Shown in pieces: positions 1 to 14,460 of a stretch of 64,000 nt of DNA; the stretch's first letter is position 1, and each line of letters begins with the position of its first letter. This stretch comes from Iphione sp. A-MEVVRFRX5 (Eukaryota), in contig OZ320316.1 in the NCBI GenBank assembly GCA_976226885.1, positions 97,464,001-97,528,000 on the forward strand, read 5' to 3'. Made by a program: the position numbers and the translations under genes. The notes under the pieces were generated by a model. That model made no database searches. It had not been told where the DNA came from and saw nothing but the letters and a program-made list of their open reading frames with translations.

Positions 1-1765
1 AACAGCAGGGTACCAGTTCAACCATTGTTACCATTAGGGGACCAGCCGTCCGACCAGGGGACCCGTCCGCTCACCCTGGGACCTGTCATTACAGCATTGT
101 AATGCTGCATGTAAATGACAATTACTTCGGTGAAATATCTCGGGTCCTTTTACCGATATTGACCTGTCAGCGCTGAAATACGTGCTAGAAGATCACTGAA
201 GAACTGACTCATCACTGAGGGCTCCTCCATTCCACTTAGTTCAACAATGCCTACTTGTACTTTTCATGGGGGCGGGGTCGGTAAGGGGCTATTCATATGT
301 ACATGTATGAAAAACGGATGAAAAACATATCTATACATCCAGAGATGTTGAATACCTCCTGCTGTGTGTATTTTAAGGGCTTCCTTATGTTAAGCTGATT
401 TCTACACGGATTTTAAGCTGGTTTCTACACTGTTGTGCCTATGGAGTATCCATGGATCCACAGCCATAGAAAATCCGTCCATGTTAGTGAAATATGTTTA
501 GAGATCCGTAGACCTAGAAAAATCTGGATGGAGCTACATGTGAATGATTAACTTGATTACTATAGAAAGGGTAAAAATCCATGGCTACGGATCCGTAGAT
601 GGACAAACAATACGTGCACATGTAAATAGCACTTTAATCGGCATCCCCAAAACTCACCCTGCCTCTCCCTGGCTGCATTGGCAATCAGACTGTGCCAGTA
701 TGAAAATAAACGCCTTAACTGAACCCTCTGAACATGCAACTGATACAAGAGGCCCACCTCTTAAATATTATCATAAAAACATAGACTAGGTGTAAGTTTG
801 TATGGACTCAATTCCTGATTAAAACAAGTGACTTTGAATGACATTTTGGGGTTCTTCAACAGTTGTATGCTGGTATCCTGACAAGTAAATATCACAGAGC
901 AGGACTAGGTGACTGTTTTGTTCAAGGACCTGTTTCCTACCTACAGAGCTATGCCTTCACAAGACGGCATGATAGAAAACAACAGCATTCATGTAAAGTG
1001 TGAAATAGGTAGTATATTATTGCAATCATAAACTTTTATATGTATGTGTCAAAAAAGAGCATTCATCCCATGTGACTGAAGAATAGCACCAACCACCGTT
1101 TATTGTTAAAACCATTCTGGCTAATAAATATTACACAAGAACACCTTTCAGTATAAGCCAGAGCTTTGTTTCTCATTACTTGTCACATCCGACTATTCAT
1201 GAAGTTCTTATGCTAGGCTACCGTGAATGTGGCTTAGTGAGTTACACCATAGTAAACATAAGCACGATCAAGTGTGCCGATAGCTTTACAGTTATACCTT
1301 TATTAATGAAGCTTCTGGGATAGGAGCTACTTTGCAACGACGTTGGTTGTGTGGTCAAATTTTTGGCCTGAGACCACTTTTACCTTTTTTTCTCATTAGA
1401 ATGAGCTAAAAACAAAGGAAACAACTCCAGATATACAATTTTACAAATCACAAATAAGCAATAGAATTGATATTAAGTAAAAAGCATTGAAAATTCATAT
1501 GAAAATGATTTGCCTCTGAAAATAAAGCTTCCCATAATGAAGCTATTTCAAAGATCACGTCTGCTTCTTCAACAAAGGGTTCACCTGCATTACATATTAC
1601 ATAGGTATATGACAAGCCAGTCAATAGGCTGGAGAAGAGCTTTAGTAGAGACCAAGGTACACAAGGTTGTAATAGGGTTCTTTACCCGTGTTGCCTGAGG
1701 CTTTGGCAAGTTTGCAAGCATCAACGGCCTTGATCCAGGCCAATACAGATGATACGTACATATAA

Positions 1766-1787
1766 ATAGATAGATAGATGGATGGAT

Positions 1788-1822
<35 letters not shown>

Positions 1823-1835
1823 CGATAGATAGATA
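1766..1835. repeat. (GATA)n microsatellite
   Basis: Read directly from sequence. Confidence 0.95.
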
Positions 1836-2343
1836 GGCAGAAATATGTATATACATGTATATGCATGGATTTTTCATGTTAACATTAAATGGACTCTGAA
1901 GTACACAGGTGCAAGGGCCATGTATGATGGATTTGCCAGTATCTGGTGTAGTTTTAGGAGAAAAATAAACAAGTCTGTCCTAAATAGGGGCCGTCCAATG
2001 TACACACAACCATATTATAGATACATGTACCACTTAACATTACCGTAACTGCATGAATGCTTGTGTACTGGAGACTTATGATTATCTACTCAAGTCTTGC
2101 TCTGACGTGCTCAGAGGTTTATACTGTCGAGCAGCCCTCCACTACACTCGCCGGATATGCAGACATGTTTTATGGACACGTATCGCTCCATATATCCCTT
2201 TTTGACACAGCTACCTCTTTGTTGTTTTATTTTTTTATCCTCTATGTCTTTGCTCGTCCGCCCCTGCGTTTCGTCTCCTTCCTTCCTCTCCTTTATGCCC
2301 CTTTTATCCGTCAGTATGTGTGTGCCTGTCGGTCTGCTTTCTC

Positions 2344-2486
2344 NNNNNNNNNNNNNNNNNNNNNNNNNNNNNNNNNNNNNNNNNNNNNNNNNNNNNNNNN
2401 NNNNNNNNNNNNNNNNNNNNNNNNNNNNNNNNNNNNNNNNNNNNNNNNNNNNNNNNNNNNNNNNNNNNNNNNNNNNNNNNNNNNNN
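2344..2486. other. Assembly gap (143 N)
   Basis: Run of N. Confidence 1.
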
Positions 2487-3420
2487 TTGCATGTCTCTTC
2501 TCCCTCCCTCCGCTGTCCCTCTTCCCTCTTTTGTACTTGGGCCCCCGATGTCGGTCTTTGTGCCTGCCCCTCTCCCGGTCTTCCTCTCTTGTATTACTCT
2601 GGCCCTCTCTTCTGCTTTCTGTACCTATCCTCTCCCATGATCCTCAGTCACCGTCTCTCTCTCTCTCTGTCTATCCCTCCTCTTCCCCTCTCATATATCA
2701 CTCAATCCCCCACCCCAGACCCCCGTATCCCCTGTACAACGTCAGAGGCCCTCCGTTCTCAACGATTTATGTCCCTCCTCAGCTCCCGGCCTTAGTCACT
2801 GGTTAATTACGTCCTAATGGGCCTCTCCACCACGCTCCTAGGTGCCACAACATACGGCCCTTTAAAACATATCCACTGCTGCAGAGGAAACTTTTAAAAA
2901 TGCACACTAAATGCACCGCATTTCCATCGGCTATTTGTTCCTGGTGCGCCTCTGGGGATAGCTGGAACGTGGGAGGGAGGGAAGGAGGGAGGGTGGGAGG
3001 GAGGTTGAGAGGGTTGGGTTTGGTTTGTGTGTGTGTGTGTGGGGGGGGGGGGGTGATAACATGACAGCTTCGGTCGTTTGTCACCAGAGGGCCTTTCTTC
3101 TCGGCGCGTCGTGTCACTCCGCACCTGCCCCCCCCCCCCAAATCCTAGCCCCACCACCACACACAACACCCTCCCTCCCTTCTCTCGGAGTCATTCAGGG
3201 CGAAAGCAGCAGCTGCAGAACAGGCCGTGGAACAACGAGGCAGAGACAAACAATTTGTAGAAAATGACCTGCAAATTCAGCTTATCATCAAAGTCGCACA
3301 TTTGGGGCGAATAGAACTAGCAGAGAATAGGATTAGAGACATCCATATATAGAGAGAGAGGGGACAGACAATATAAGAGGGAATAGGACAGAGAATAGGA
3401 GGAGTGGGAAGGGGAGACGT

Positions 3421-3549
3421 NNNNNNNNNNNNNNNNNNNNNNNNNNNNNNNNNNNNNNNNNNNNNNNNNNNNNNNNNNNNNNNNNNNNNNNNNNNNNNNN
3501 NNNNNNNNNNNNNNNNNNNNNNNNNNNNNNNNNNNNNNNNNNNNNNNNN
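3421..3549. other. Assembly gap (129 N)
   Basis: Run of N. Confidence 1.
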
Positions 3550-6500
3550 GGAGACGGAAAGTGAAACACGTACGATAGAACAGTAGCGGAGGACAGGAGA
3601 GGGACATGATGGGAGGAAGAAAAATATGGTAAATGAGCAAAATCAGAGAGAAGTGACTTGAATGAGATAGATACATAGATAGATAGTAGGCAGATAGAGA
3701 GAGATGGAGACAGAGGACAAAGATACTGACATAGACAACCAAATGCAAGGGAGAGATAAGGATGCTTATTTAATGCTGTAACGAGAGAGAAAAAAAAGAA
3801 AAGCCCGAGGGAAAATCTTTAACTTAAAAAGAAATCCGCTGGTGCCAAAACACAACCGTGATCGGCCTACACTTGGAAGGCGATTCACGTGACGGCAGCA
3901 TCTGCGGCAGCTTCTATAACTCTTTTAATAGAACTAATATATCACTGTATAAGGGCGCTCGTATATAAAATGGTTGTAACCCCTTCCTGAAACTGGGCCG
4001 TCACTTCCGGTGCGATGACTCCTAACCTTCGGCCCCATCCTTTTTTTTTGGTATTGGGAACTGACAAAAAAAGATAACAAAGGTGAAAAGATGTAAAAAA
4101 AAAAAAAAAAAGGCGGGGTATTCACCGACGCTTGTCTGGGACGCGCATGTTTCTGCGCACGCACATCGGGAAAGCCTGTCACAAGTAGTTAGCGCACATG
4201 TCCCTTATACTCAGTATTTCCCACTCTTATTATGTCCTATATTATCAACAATGAACTCTTTCAGAATCTTCAAGATTTTGTATTTTTGATTCAGTGGCCA
4301 GCAGTCAGGTAGACATAAGGTCTAAATATCACATGCTTGGTAATCAGTAGTCAAGCAGATATATAGTTCCTCTACCAGATTTCCGTGCCCATAGACTCTT
4401 GCGTCACTACTGTCACTATTCAGTACAATGTAGTTATTTGAGCCTCAGGAAGGTTCCTAGTCAGACCCGAAAGCTTGCTATATTGTGACCATTCAAGACT
4501 TTTAAAGGCCAAGTTTCGGCATCCAACGGGTTCTGGTTTTGTTTCCAAAACACAATGTACAGAAATCAGAATTAAGACCACCAATGGGACGAGACAAAAC
4601 TGCCCTTAACTGAGAGTTACCCTCCAACCTGAATTGTCATATCATAGAAAATATACCATTGGGACCGACCAAACTTGTCCTTATTCTTGAGTTGCCCTCC
4701 TAGTTGAGTTGCCCACAAGGTGAGTTGCTACTGTAGTAATTAGTAAGGCAGATATCAGGCCCCCGTGTCATATTCTCAAGAGCAACTACATGTAGCAGGT
4801 TGTAATCAGGCTCTTATGTTATGACTCTAATCCATATGTACTCGTGTAGATAATAAACCGTAGCATAATATCTTATTTAGGCTTAATTTACATATACGCA
4901 TTGTATTGTGTTTTCATGGCTGAGATGCCGTGAACAGCTTATTCTGTGTTGCCTTGCTCACACCAACTGTTGCATGTTCATCGCGGTAAACGTCAGTAGA
5001 TTAGCATAGAACAGATTGTAAACACATGTTTATGGTCGTAAAAACGTGGTCTCTGTACCACACACAACGCCCTAATGAGGCGATGATCGGAGGCAAAAAA
5101 AATCTTTTGAACTTAAACTTGAACTTGAACTTGAACTTGGTGCATTGGGAAGTTGCCCAATCCAAAATCATGTTACATGTGGACATGCTTTACAGTGTAT
5201 GCTACATGCAACAAGGAAACCATCCAGTAAAGAACCACAGTCCACAAATCCCAGTATGAAAAAATGCGAGCATAGCCTTGAAAACACCCACATACATGGG
5301 TATTAATGCTAGTAATCAGATGTATATCAATTCCCTATGTCAAGTCTCAGTAGTTAGTAGAAAGGTAGGTATTTAGGGCTCAAGAACAACATCTCATTTC
5401 CTGGGCCACTAATATTAGTATTGTTGCGTCTGCTGCGGAGAGACCTGACTCAACACCAAGCCTAAACTCAAATGCAAATGCCTCTCTTCCTGGCCACCGT
5501 TACGATTACATAGCTAATTATAAGCCAGAGTCTTCTTCCACCAGGGGCAACCCACACGGTCCCCTACTACAATATGTCTGCCTATAAGCGCACAGGATGC
5601 TGGTTCAGATCCTATTCGTCCATGAATTACCGACGATCATATATCCGACATTGCTGCTTCACTACTTGACTTTGGAGAATGGCTACATGTTGGTCTCCTA
5701 CTGTAAATCCATTCGCATATCCGACGCTAATCCCATATAACCGACCGAACCACCTGGGACGGCGAGTGTACCGGTTAGAGAAGCTTGTCATCGCTGGCTA
5801 CGTAACCTGCATACTTCCATTACCCAGCATGTCAACGAACTCCCTGGGCGTCCCGAGCAGGAATTCTCTTATGTGATGACGTCATGGAAAGGAATTTCCC
5901 TTGACGTGAAACGGACCTAGAAATATTCTACCCTGGAACTCAGGGCCTGGGATTATAAACCCAAGAAAGATTCACAAGATGATATCGTGGCCCCCTTCGT
6001 CTCCATTGCCCTGTTATGGGTTTCAATTCCCACGGAATTAAGGAATAATCTGTGTAACCCATGTTTAGAATCCGTATACATTACCATGTCTTTGGTACTG
6101 TAAACGCCTCATCACAGTGTCGGGTTCGAGTCGCCCTTCAAAATGATAAGACACCTGATGGCTGTGATGCCCCAACCAATCAACATCAACAGTATCGGCT
6201 TCCACTCGATACCTTAACAGGTATACATAACCTGCTGAGGGTTCAAAGAAAAAACATTCAGGTAATACAGACTGACAACATCTTATCTCCAGAGTAAACC
6301 CATGTAAAACCCATGGGTAGTATGAATGTGGGCTATGATTAACCAAATGTGAATGTCATTCCTTAGTGGGACTCACTTTGCGGCGGCTGTCTATATCACT
6401 TATAAATAGGTGAAAAACCAGGAAATTCTTCCTCCCTTATAGAGTGATGCAAGTGTCTATCTATATCACTCATAACGAGATATTATATTAGGGATAAATG

Positions 6501-9500
6501 TCACAGCTACATCCATTCACTCTGCAGTTACCAATTATTTCTGAGGTAGCAGAATCGGACCTGAGGACATAAATAATAGGAGACTGGGAGGGGGAGGGGG
6601 TGTTCCGCTCGGGTAGAACTTTGAACAAGGTGTAGGCTGAACTTCACATGGCAAAAAATTCTAACCTCGTAAAATCTACTTCCCTATTCCAGAGAAACTC
6701 ATATCAAATGACCTACGCAACATTTTCTATACTGGGGGGGGGGGGGTGTCCACGGAAAACAGCAAGTGTGTTGAACGTACAGATAAAGGTCAAGTGCATT
6801 ATCTACTTTTCTATTAGCAACAAAGAGCACATGTGCACTTATCTTATAAAACAGTAGCTATTCATTAAAAAAAGTAACCCGTGTTCTCCACAGACCTCCC
6901 GCTTTAGCACCTTCCTCGTTTTTATGTCCCCTCACTTCTAATCCCGACGCTCTTGGCTTAAAATTAACCATGACCGTCAGGATAAAAATCCAAGCCCTAA
7001 AAATGAGTTGAGTATCCTTTAGTGGTGTCGACGGGGATACTTTCGCGCTCTCTTTTATTTTCGCAGATATTCCTTCAAACAAAGCCCATGCGAGCGTTTA
7101 AGGAAATCGTGACAGATGCCTCAGCTGAGGAGGCCGGGAGTAATTCGCTACCACTCGTAAACTGACAACCTCTCGAAAAACCTCCGCGGTGTTGTTTTTT
7201 TGTCCCTCAACGAATATTTGCTTCTGTGAAAAAAATGCCCCACGAGCGGTAGATTATGTAGTATGTTTATTTAGTGGCTACAGATGGTCCTTTATATGGT
7301 CCCCGCTGGCTTATCGGGGGCCTTTCCCTGATGATGAGTTCTTACTCTTGGAGAGGCACTCTATCACTGGCGGGGATTGAGAGCTATGGCGTCGGATTAC
7401 GGACAGACATGTGCACGGTCGGCCGCAGAGATGTAACTGTGGCGTCGTATTACGGACACGAATGCTGTCGGGAAAGCTTTGGGGGGGGGGTGTTAAAATA
7501 TTCGGAATATGGCGACGGGATAGGGGCGAGAATGACACAAGGCAGGTCACTGAACATAAGCTGACAAGGGTGACATTGCAGTCGTCTGCTTCTGATCGAA
7601 TGCACCAAGCGGAGGACATGGTGGTGGTCAGGACCGGTGTCCGGTGCTCATGCATGCATGAACGAGCGGATATTGACTTTAACCAACAAATTCACATACA
7701 TCCGCTGTTCACCCTTACGCTTCTGTCTGCGTAACACCAAACGTTCGAGGGCAGATTTCAACACAAACGCATCTATTGACCAATAAATTTCACCACAGCC
7801 CCGCTCAACCTGAGCATGTGGATGTAATCATGTCCTGTGCCCTTGTTCGAAAGATATGCTAAATGGAGCGTTTGCTGTGAAAGGCAATGTATACATGTAA
7901 AGCGACCCCGGACCTCTGCCAAGGGTAAACGGTGTGGCTGGAGAGACAGTAAAACACCATACAACAGATTGTACACTATAATTATGCTCATAGACAAATT
8001 TCTCCTTCCTTTTCCATGGCTCTTCCCTGTCCCTTTTCAAGCACGAGTTTTGGTCCTGTTCAAATATAATTTTCTGCCAACCTTCCCCGTGCAGGAGTAA
8101 TGTAGTGTGCAGTGTTACTTCGCTAGACTAGGTGCCATATTTTAGGTCTAGGCACGAAAAATTAGAAATATTGTTACAGAATTGTAAACGTACGTGTTAA
8201 TGATGTCCATTTTGACCTACTCTTGACGCCATGCACTTTCCCCAAAACAGCACGTTAACTCCGTTGTTCAGGTAAGGATTTGACCTTATCCCGGCGCCAT
8301 AAACCAGTATGACACAGCCACGCCACCTGGCGACGAAGGGGGCAAGAACCAGGAGCAGCTTCTCCCGGAGGTCAGCTGGGGAGTGAGTGGGAGCAGAAGG
8401 CCCGGTTGTCAAAGGTGGGGAAAGGCTGAGGAGATGGGAGTGGGGATAGATGAGTGGAGTATGTAGGCTGTCCTATGATGTTAACCCTGATGTAACGGGC
8501 GTCTGGCATTCACATCAACACCGAGTCCTTCCTCAACCCACTCCGAGTTGCTCATTTTAATGGGAGTTACACACACACATCTATAGCGGAGGAGGTAAGA
8601 CGGAGGACAAGGGTACGAAGAGAGAGAAAGGGGAAGGAGGATGAATGGGCAACGCAGAGAGAATGGGAAAAGACACTGGGAGGAGGCAAAATTATCTAGA
8701 GGCGGGAGCAGTGAAGAGGGGGAAAGTCGAGGAAAGATGAAGAAGGGAAGGGGAGTCAGAGAAGGAAGGGGAGTAGGGGAATAAGCATGAGGCAGAAAAA
8801 ACAGAAGGGTGACTTGGTAAGGAGGTAGAGGTAGGGGAAGGCAGAAGAGGAAGACACAAGAATATAAGAAGAGAGAAGCATAGATGGAAAAGTACGTGGG
8901 ACGAGGATGGAGGAAGACGGGGAAGAGGAAGCCCGCACTAGTCTACATGGCAGTCAGTGTACTTTGCCTGAGGATCTTATAGAGACTCGCTGATATTTAT
9001 GAATATATCCATGTACACTGGACATTTATTAAGACAAACTACTAGCAAACAGGGACATAGATCCATCTTTGTCCAATTATTCTGGACGGATCGTGCCAAT
9101 CAAGACGCTCTAGTTCCCGGCGATTCTTTCACATGAAGATATGGTCATTGAAAACTGTGGACCAATGTACCTTAGCTTTCCCTACTCTAACTCTAGACAT
9201 CCAGATAAGAGGAGTCCGGCCAAGTGAGGTCCTGGTAAACAGTATAATAAAATATGAGTCACCCTTCACGACCAACCGCTCCCAGCTTGTTGTGTACATC
9301 ACTATTTAGATAACTTTGGTAACTTTCTTACAGCTATACCCAGTTATTCCAAACTTACCATGACTACTGTAACCTGCGTACATAAACTTTAATCCCCTTT
9401 CCTAACTAAATCTCTGTACAACTGTATCCGGTCTTCCTTAACGCACTTCACATTTCAATTCCTAGCTTTGGCTAATTGCGCTGACGTACATCCAGTTACT

Positions 9501-9840
9501 TAAAACCATCTCATACTAAAAGGAGAATGTACTTCTTCAGAATTCGTGTTTCTGCAGTATCCATAGGAGAAAACCCCAAGAACCCAGTCTAAAAGATAAC
9601 ATAACCAAGGATAATTGCCTACTTTTCCCTTAGCTGCTTCAATCGTCGGCAATAAAAACCCTTTATCAACATAGAGATCAATGCTATTCTTACATTTCTC
9701 AACAGCCTTTCAAATTAAAAATCCCCCTCCTTGGGTTTTAGGCTGAATAGAAAAGACTAACTTTGATAACGAAGTACATGTGGATGTGTTTTTCGGTTTT
9801 ATTTCATTGGGAGAAACTTCATTTTGAGGCACAAACTTCA

Positions 9841-9872
9841 ATGATGATGATGATGATGATGATGACGATGAC

Positions 9873-9903
<31 letters not shown>
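9841..9903. repeat. (GAT)n microsatellite
   Basis: Read directly from sequence. Confidence 0.95.
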
Positions 9904-10462
9904 TGTGAAAGTCGCCTTTGTAACTCAGAAAGTGACCTTGGGTCACAAATTCTACAGAGCCAGCCAATTGCATTACAAAGAGGTTTCGTTCTCCGAGTTT
10001 TAACAGAGGTATACCTGTATTATATATAGCAACATTATATATAGGAAACTGTATACAATACCTTACTATTTCGGCCAATGATCCTCCATGTCTATCAGCA
10101 ACTCGCCTACCTTTTATTCCCATATAATTGCACTGGTAGAATACATTTAGTAAGACGGCGGTAAGAGGGTAGAGAGAAGACCTTGGCACAGTAAGAAGAG
10201 GTCGTGCAGTGGCAGTCACACCTCATGGGGGGGGGGGGATTCGGACGGGTCGCCGATAAGTTCAACACTGTCCTTAAACTAAGCCTTATTCCCTAACCCA
10301 AGAATAAGAGGCACCAAAAGTACTGATTTGATGGAAGTTCTCCAACGTTTCATTGTTTTAGCCTGATCTCACAAGCATTCGATTTTCTAAGCAAATTATC
10401 CAGTTTCTGGAACAATTCTCGATCAACTGAAACCCACTGTCTCAACACCTAAAGCACTGCAT

Positions 10463-10598
10463 NNNNNNNNNNNNNNNNNNNNNNNNNNNNNNNNNNNNNN
10501 NNNNNNNNNNNNNNNNNNNNNNNNNNNNNNNNNNNNNNNNNNNNNNNNNNNNNNNNNNNNNNNNNNNNNNNNNNNNNNNNNNNNNNNNNNNNNNNNNN
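10463..10598. other. Assembly gap (136 N)
   Basis: Run of N. Confidence 1.
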
Positions 10599-11006
10599 AG
10601 AACAGATAACGGAAAGTGAAACACACCCACACAAAGGGAAATCTTGCCCTTGTCTGCTACTTCATTCGAAGCCTCGGCCCCACGACCCCTTTCTCCCACG
10701 TTCTTTCTTAACCATTTCAACCAACATCCTGACCTTTCCGTTGCACTTTACCTTCCTTCCTCCTTCTTTCTTTCTTCAACACTCCGTCCTAATTAATGCA
10801 CGCCGCTTTCGCTACTTCCTTAACCCTCTTCCTACAGCATGTCATTAGTAACTCTAACCCTTTTTGAATACACTTCTATTCCTTTCACTGACACTCTACT
10901 CACGCCTCCTGTATACATTATCATCCGCCTGTCCTCTAGTCGTCAAGGTGGGGCGTTGTTATGGAGAGGTAGCGACAGGTCCTTACAGGTAAAGAGTGTC
11001 ATCTAC

Positions 11007-11009
<3 letters not shown>

Positions 11010-11078
<69 letters not shown>

Positions 11079-11082
11079 ACAC
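11010..11082. repeat. (CA)n microsatellite
   Basis: Read directly from sequence. Confidence 0.95.
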
Positions 11083-14059
11083 GCTAAGGACGACAGAGTA
11101 CTACTACATGTTGAGGAAAAGAACTGTCCTCCGTTATAAAGGGAGACATGGGCTGACAGACCGGAATAAAGGAGACAGGAAGGACGGAGGAGTAGACGAG
11201 GTGGGAGGGTGGTCCCCCTCAAAAGACACCGCGCATGCGCTGTGGTATGCATACTCACGTACGTGCACGCTGGGGTCATGTGGGGTTGGGATTGGAAGGG
11301 GGTGGTGTTGATAGTAGGGTGGTAGCAGGTAATAGATAGGACAGTATGTGGTAGATTGGGTGGTTACAGGTGGTAGTGGGGAGGTGAGCTCCGCTTTCAG
11401 GTAAACAGCTCCAAGGGCTTGCCTGCCCCCCACCCCACAAAACCTATTTTCACATTCTATTTGAGAGTGGTACACTTCGGGCTCAACTCACTTCAGCTAC
11501 ACGCCACTCCAGGTCTGCGACAGTTCAGATCCAAGACATTTTTAGTCGTATGAATCTTCAGACTTTTCTGAGACACTTTTGCCTCAAGGCACTCCGGTCC
11601 TTATAGAATTAGCTAGCTAGCAACTAAGCTAGATAACATTTATATATGTAAGTGCAAACGTGCCGTTACGGGGGAGAGACAATGAAATACTGACGCCTCA
11701 TAATCGGTGATATTGCAAGACTGCGCTAGTATATGTGACATGTTGACTTCACCCTCAACATAACATCGTAAGCACCAAAAGTACAACTCGCTTGTAAATC
11801 ATATAAAGTTATGATAAACATCAAGTCCAAAACTTCAAAAAAAAGCGTTATGACCTATTGAGATCAAACGTTTACCCAAGCTTTATGGAGAGGAACATTA
11901 TAATAGCTCTGATATGGCGATACTGACCCTGGGTGGAGGTTCAAACGGTGACAATGAGAATAATTCTTTGCATCTGAAAAGCATTTTGAATGTGATCTCA
12001 GAGGGACCAAAGAGACAGCGGGCGGAAATGTACAGCTCTTTTTATATAATTCACGGTAATCAACTTCTATTACATGCTTTATAGTAATCATACAGCATTA
12101 TATACGAAGCAAGCGGGTCAACCTTTTTTTCATATTACATATATCAGACACTCACTACGGTCACGCCCCGAAACTCAAAACACAAACACAAATCCAAAGA
12201 GCATAAAAATAAAAATAATCCTAGGTACGTCACATACAGCCTGGCTTTCGAGTGAAAAAACCAGACACATTCCAAAGTTATGTCCCAAATACAGGGAGTA
12301 TGTATTTACTAGTAACTATCTATGCAATCGAGCATAACAATGACAGGGAGCATGAAAGCCACAATGTAAAACATATGTACTGCTCCATATGTATAGGCGT
12401 GTTTGTAATAGAGGTATAATGTAATGGGGTATGTAAGTGGTGGGGACAATGTTTGTAAAGGATATAGTATTGTGTATGTATTTAGAGAGTTCGCAAAAGA
12501 CAGTGTGTAGACGAACATTTAGTGAGAACAAGGCTCACAACTGACATGAGTAAGGAAGCATAGTTGTCACGCTAGTTTATTCAGGGTGACCTTCCCAATG
12601 TCCTTGCCAGGCAGTAACCAATGACATTTCCATTGTGTACACGCACACACGTCAATTCCTCTCGTCTCCACAGCTCACCACGTGATGCTTCGTCATGTGA
12701 CGTGTTTTTACACCAGGAACTGTGGCTTTAACTAGAATAGCACTTACAGCAAAACACAACGAATATTACTGCAATACTAAATAAAAGGGGAGTGAATAAT
12801 ACAGTTGATGCTCTGAATACTGGTTGACCCGAACGATAAAATGTTTTCCCACTACTGGGCCAGCGTTACAACCAATGAGGCCGTCTGACCCCTGACCTCA
12901 TCTCCCACCCCATCATCCCTAGCCCCAACCCATAATCTTTTACTAATCGAAAGTTTTGGGGAGGCACTCTTGTGTGTGTATTCTGAGATCTATTCGGCCT
13001 TGTGTTACTATTGGGCAGTTCCATAATCTACCCGTATACCACCGTTACGCCATTCGTTCATGGCTCCATGATTTCTGGCTGTTCATTTTTTTAAAAAAAA
13101 CTCTAGGAGTGAAAAAAAGCTAAAGAAGTAGTCTCTGATGACATGCCTGGCACTGATTAAAATTTCTCCCGGATGCTTATTTGTTTTAATTAACTTCTCC
13201 TCCACCAGACAGGGGGCGCTGTCGTCTCGCCTGTAAGCTTCCGGGAGCTGACAGCTTGAATGATTCCTTCTCCCAAGTTCTTGTCGGTCTTCTGCTGGTG
13301 CCATCTTCCCTTATCTGATGCCTTAGTCGAACTAACAAATTGCATTGATTGGGTACGGGGATATCTTTAGCCCACACTAACTAGGACAACAACATAATTT
13401 AGTACTTTGATCGAGTATATCATGATATTTTTTTTCTTGGGGGGGGGCGGGGGGAAGGAGGGTGTGGAATTACGCTGCACATGAAACATGAGTTTCTGGT
13501 TGTATAAAGTAGAACACTGATTGCCAGATATCCAGAATGGCTGGATTTTGATGGATGAAGTACATGTAGTTGGATTTTGACTTGGAATGCAACATGCTAC
13601 AGTTCTGTATTTTATGGCATAGCTAAGATAGCTAGCTGTACATATATTACGTACCCTTGTAAACTGCCTTAGGGCAGACATCCTACAGCTGTCCAGCAAT
13701 GGGGCAAATTTACACTGACAACGTAATAAAAGTTGTATGTTATGTGTAACATGGTACAATGAGAACGGTAAAGTATAAATGTGACTTAAAATGCATCATT
13801 ATGGTGAATTCAGTGATGCCATTCCTTGAGAATAGGATGACACATCCACATGAAAGCGAACTGAAATAACCTGATATCGATAATGACAGCCTAACGAAAG
13901 CTTACAATGCCACTGTGTTTTGGACAAAGGTTATCTTGTTTCCTATGAATATTAGTGAAAGCAGCCAACTAATGAGATAAATTCGTAACATAATCCACTT
14001 AATACAGGCCTCCCAATATAGCGTGAATTAGCTGAAACGTGCCGAAATTGAAGGAGTTC

Positions 14060-14460
14060 CTACATCTTACTACAGATCACCTTAGGAAGGGTCTCCTTAC
14101 ACGTGATATGACATACTACAGAATCACGTAGGAAAAAGCTGCTACGAATAATACCATGTTGCAATATTAAAATCACTTAAAAAGGAGAGGCTAGATTAAC
14201 AATAGACTATTGATTCACTTAGGCAGGAGCTACTACAAAATACTGCAATAGACATGTACTATAAGATCACTTACAGAAAAGAGACTAGAGCCACAACAGA
14301 CTACTGATTCACTTAGATTGGAGTGACTACATACAAAGGAATAACACAATATACTACAGAATCAATTAAATGTGCATCATTTCAATGTTACAATGTACAA
14401 CAGAATCACTTGGAGACAAGTTGTTACTGTCGTCATATACTACAGAATGTCTTAGAGAGG
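14060..14460. repeat. Degenerate ~45-bp minisatellite
   Basis: Recurring actacagaatcactt / gactactgattcacttag cores. Confidence 0.55.

Noticed and set aside
5105-5138. TGAACT direct repeats as nuclear-receptor elements
   Set aside because: Simple (AACTTG)n microsatellite.
9763-10029. Poly-Met/His/Ile/Ser, ER/LS and TH ORFs (also 49654-50068, 29820-30114, 49141-49791, 59380-59971, 31051-31625)
   Set aside because: Translations of microsatellites or polypyrimidine tracts.
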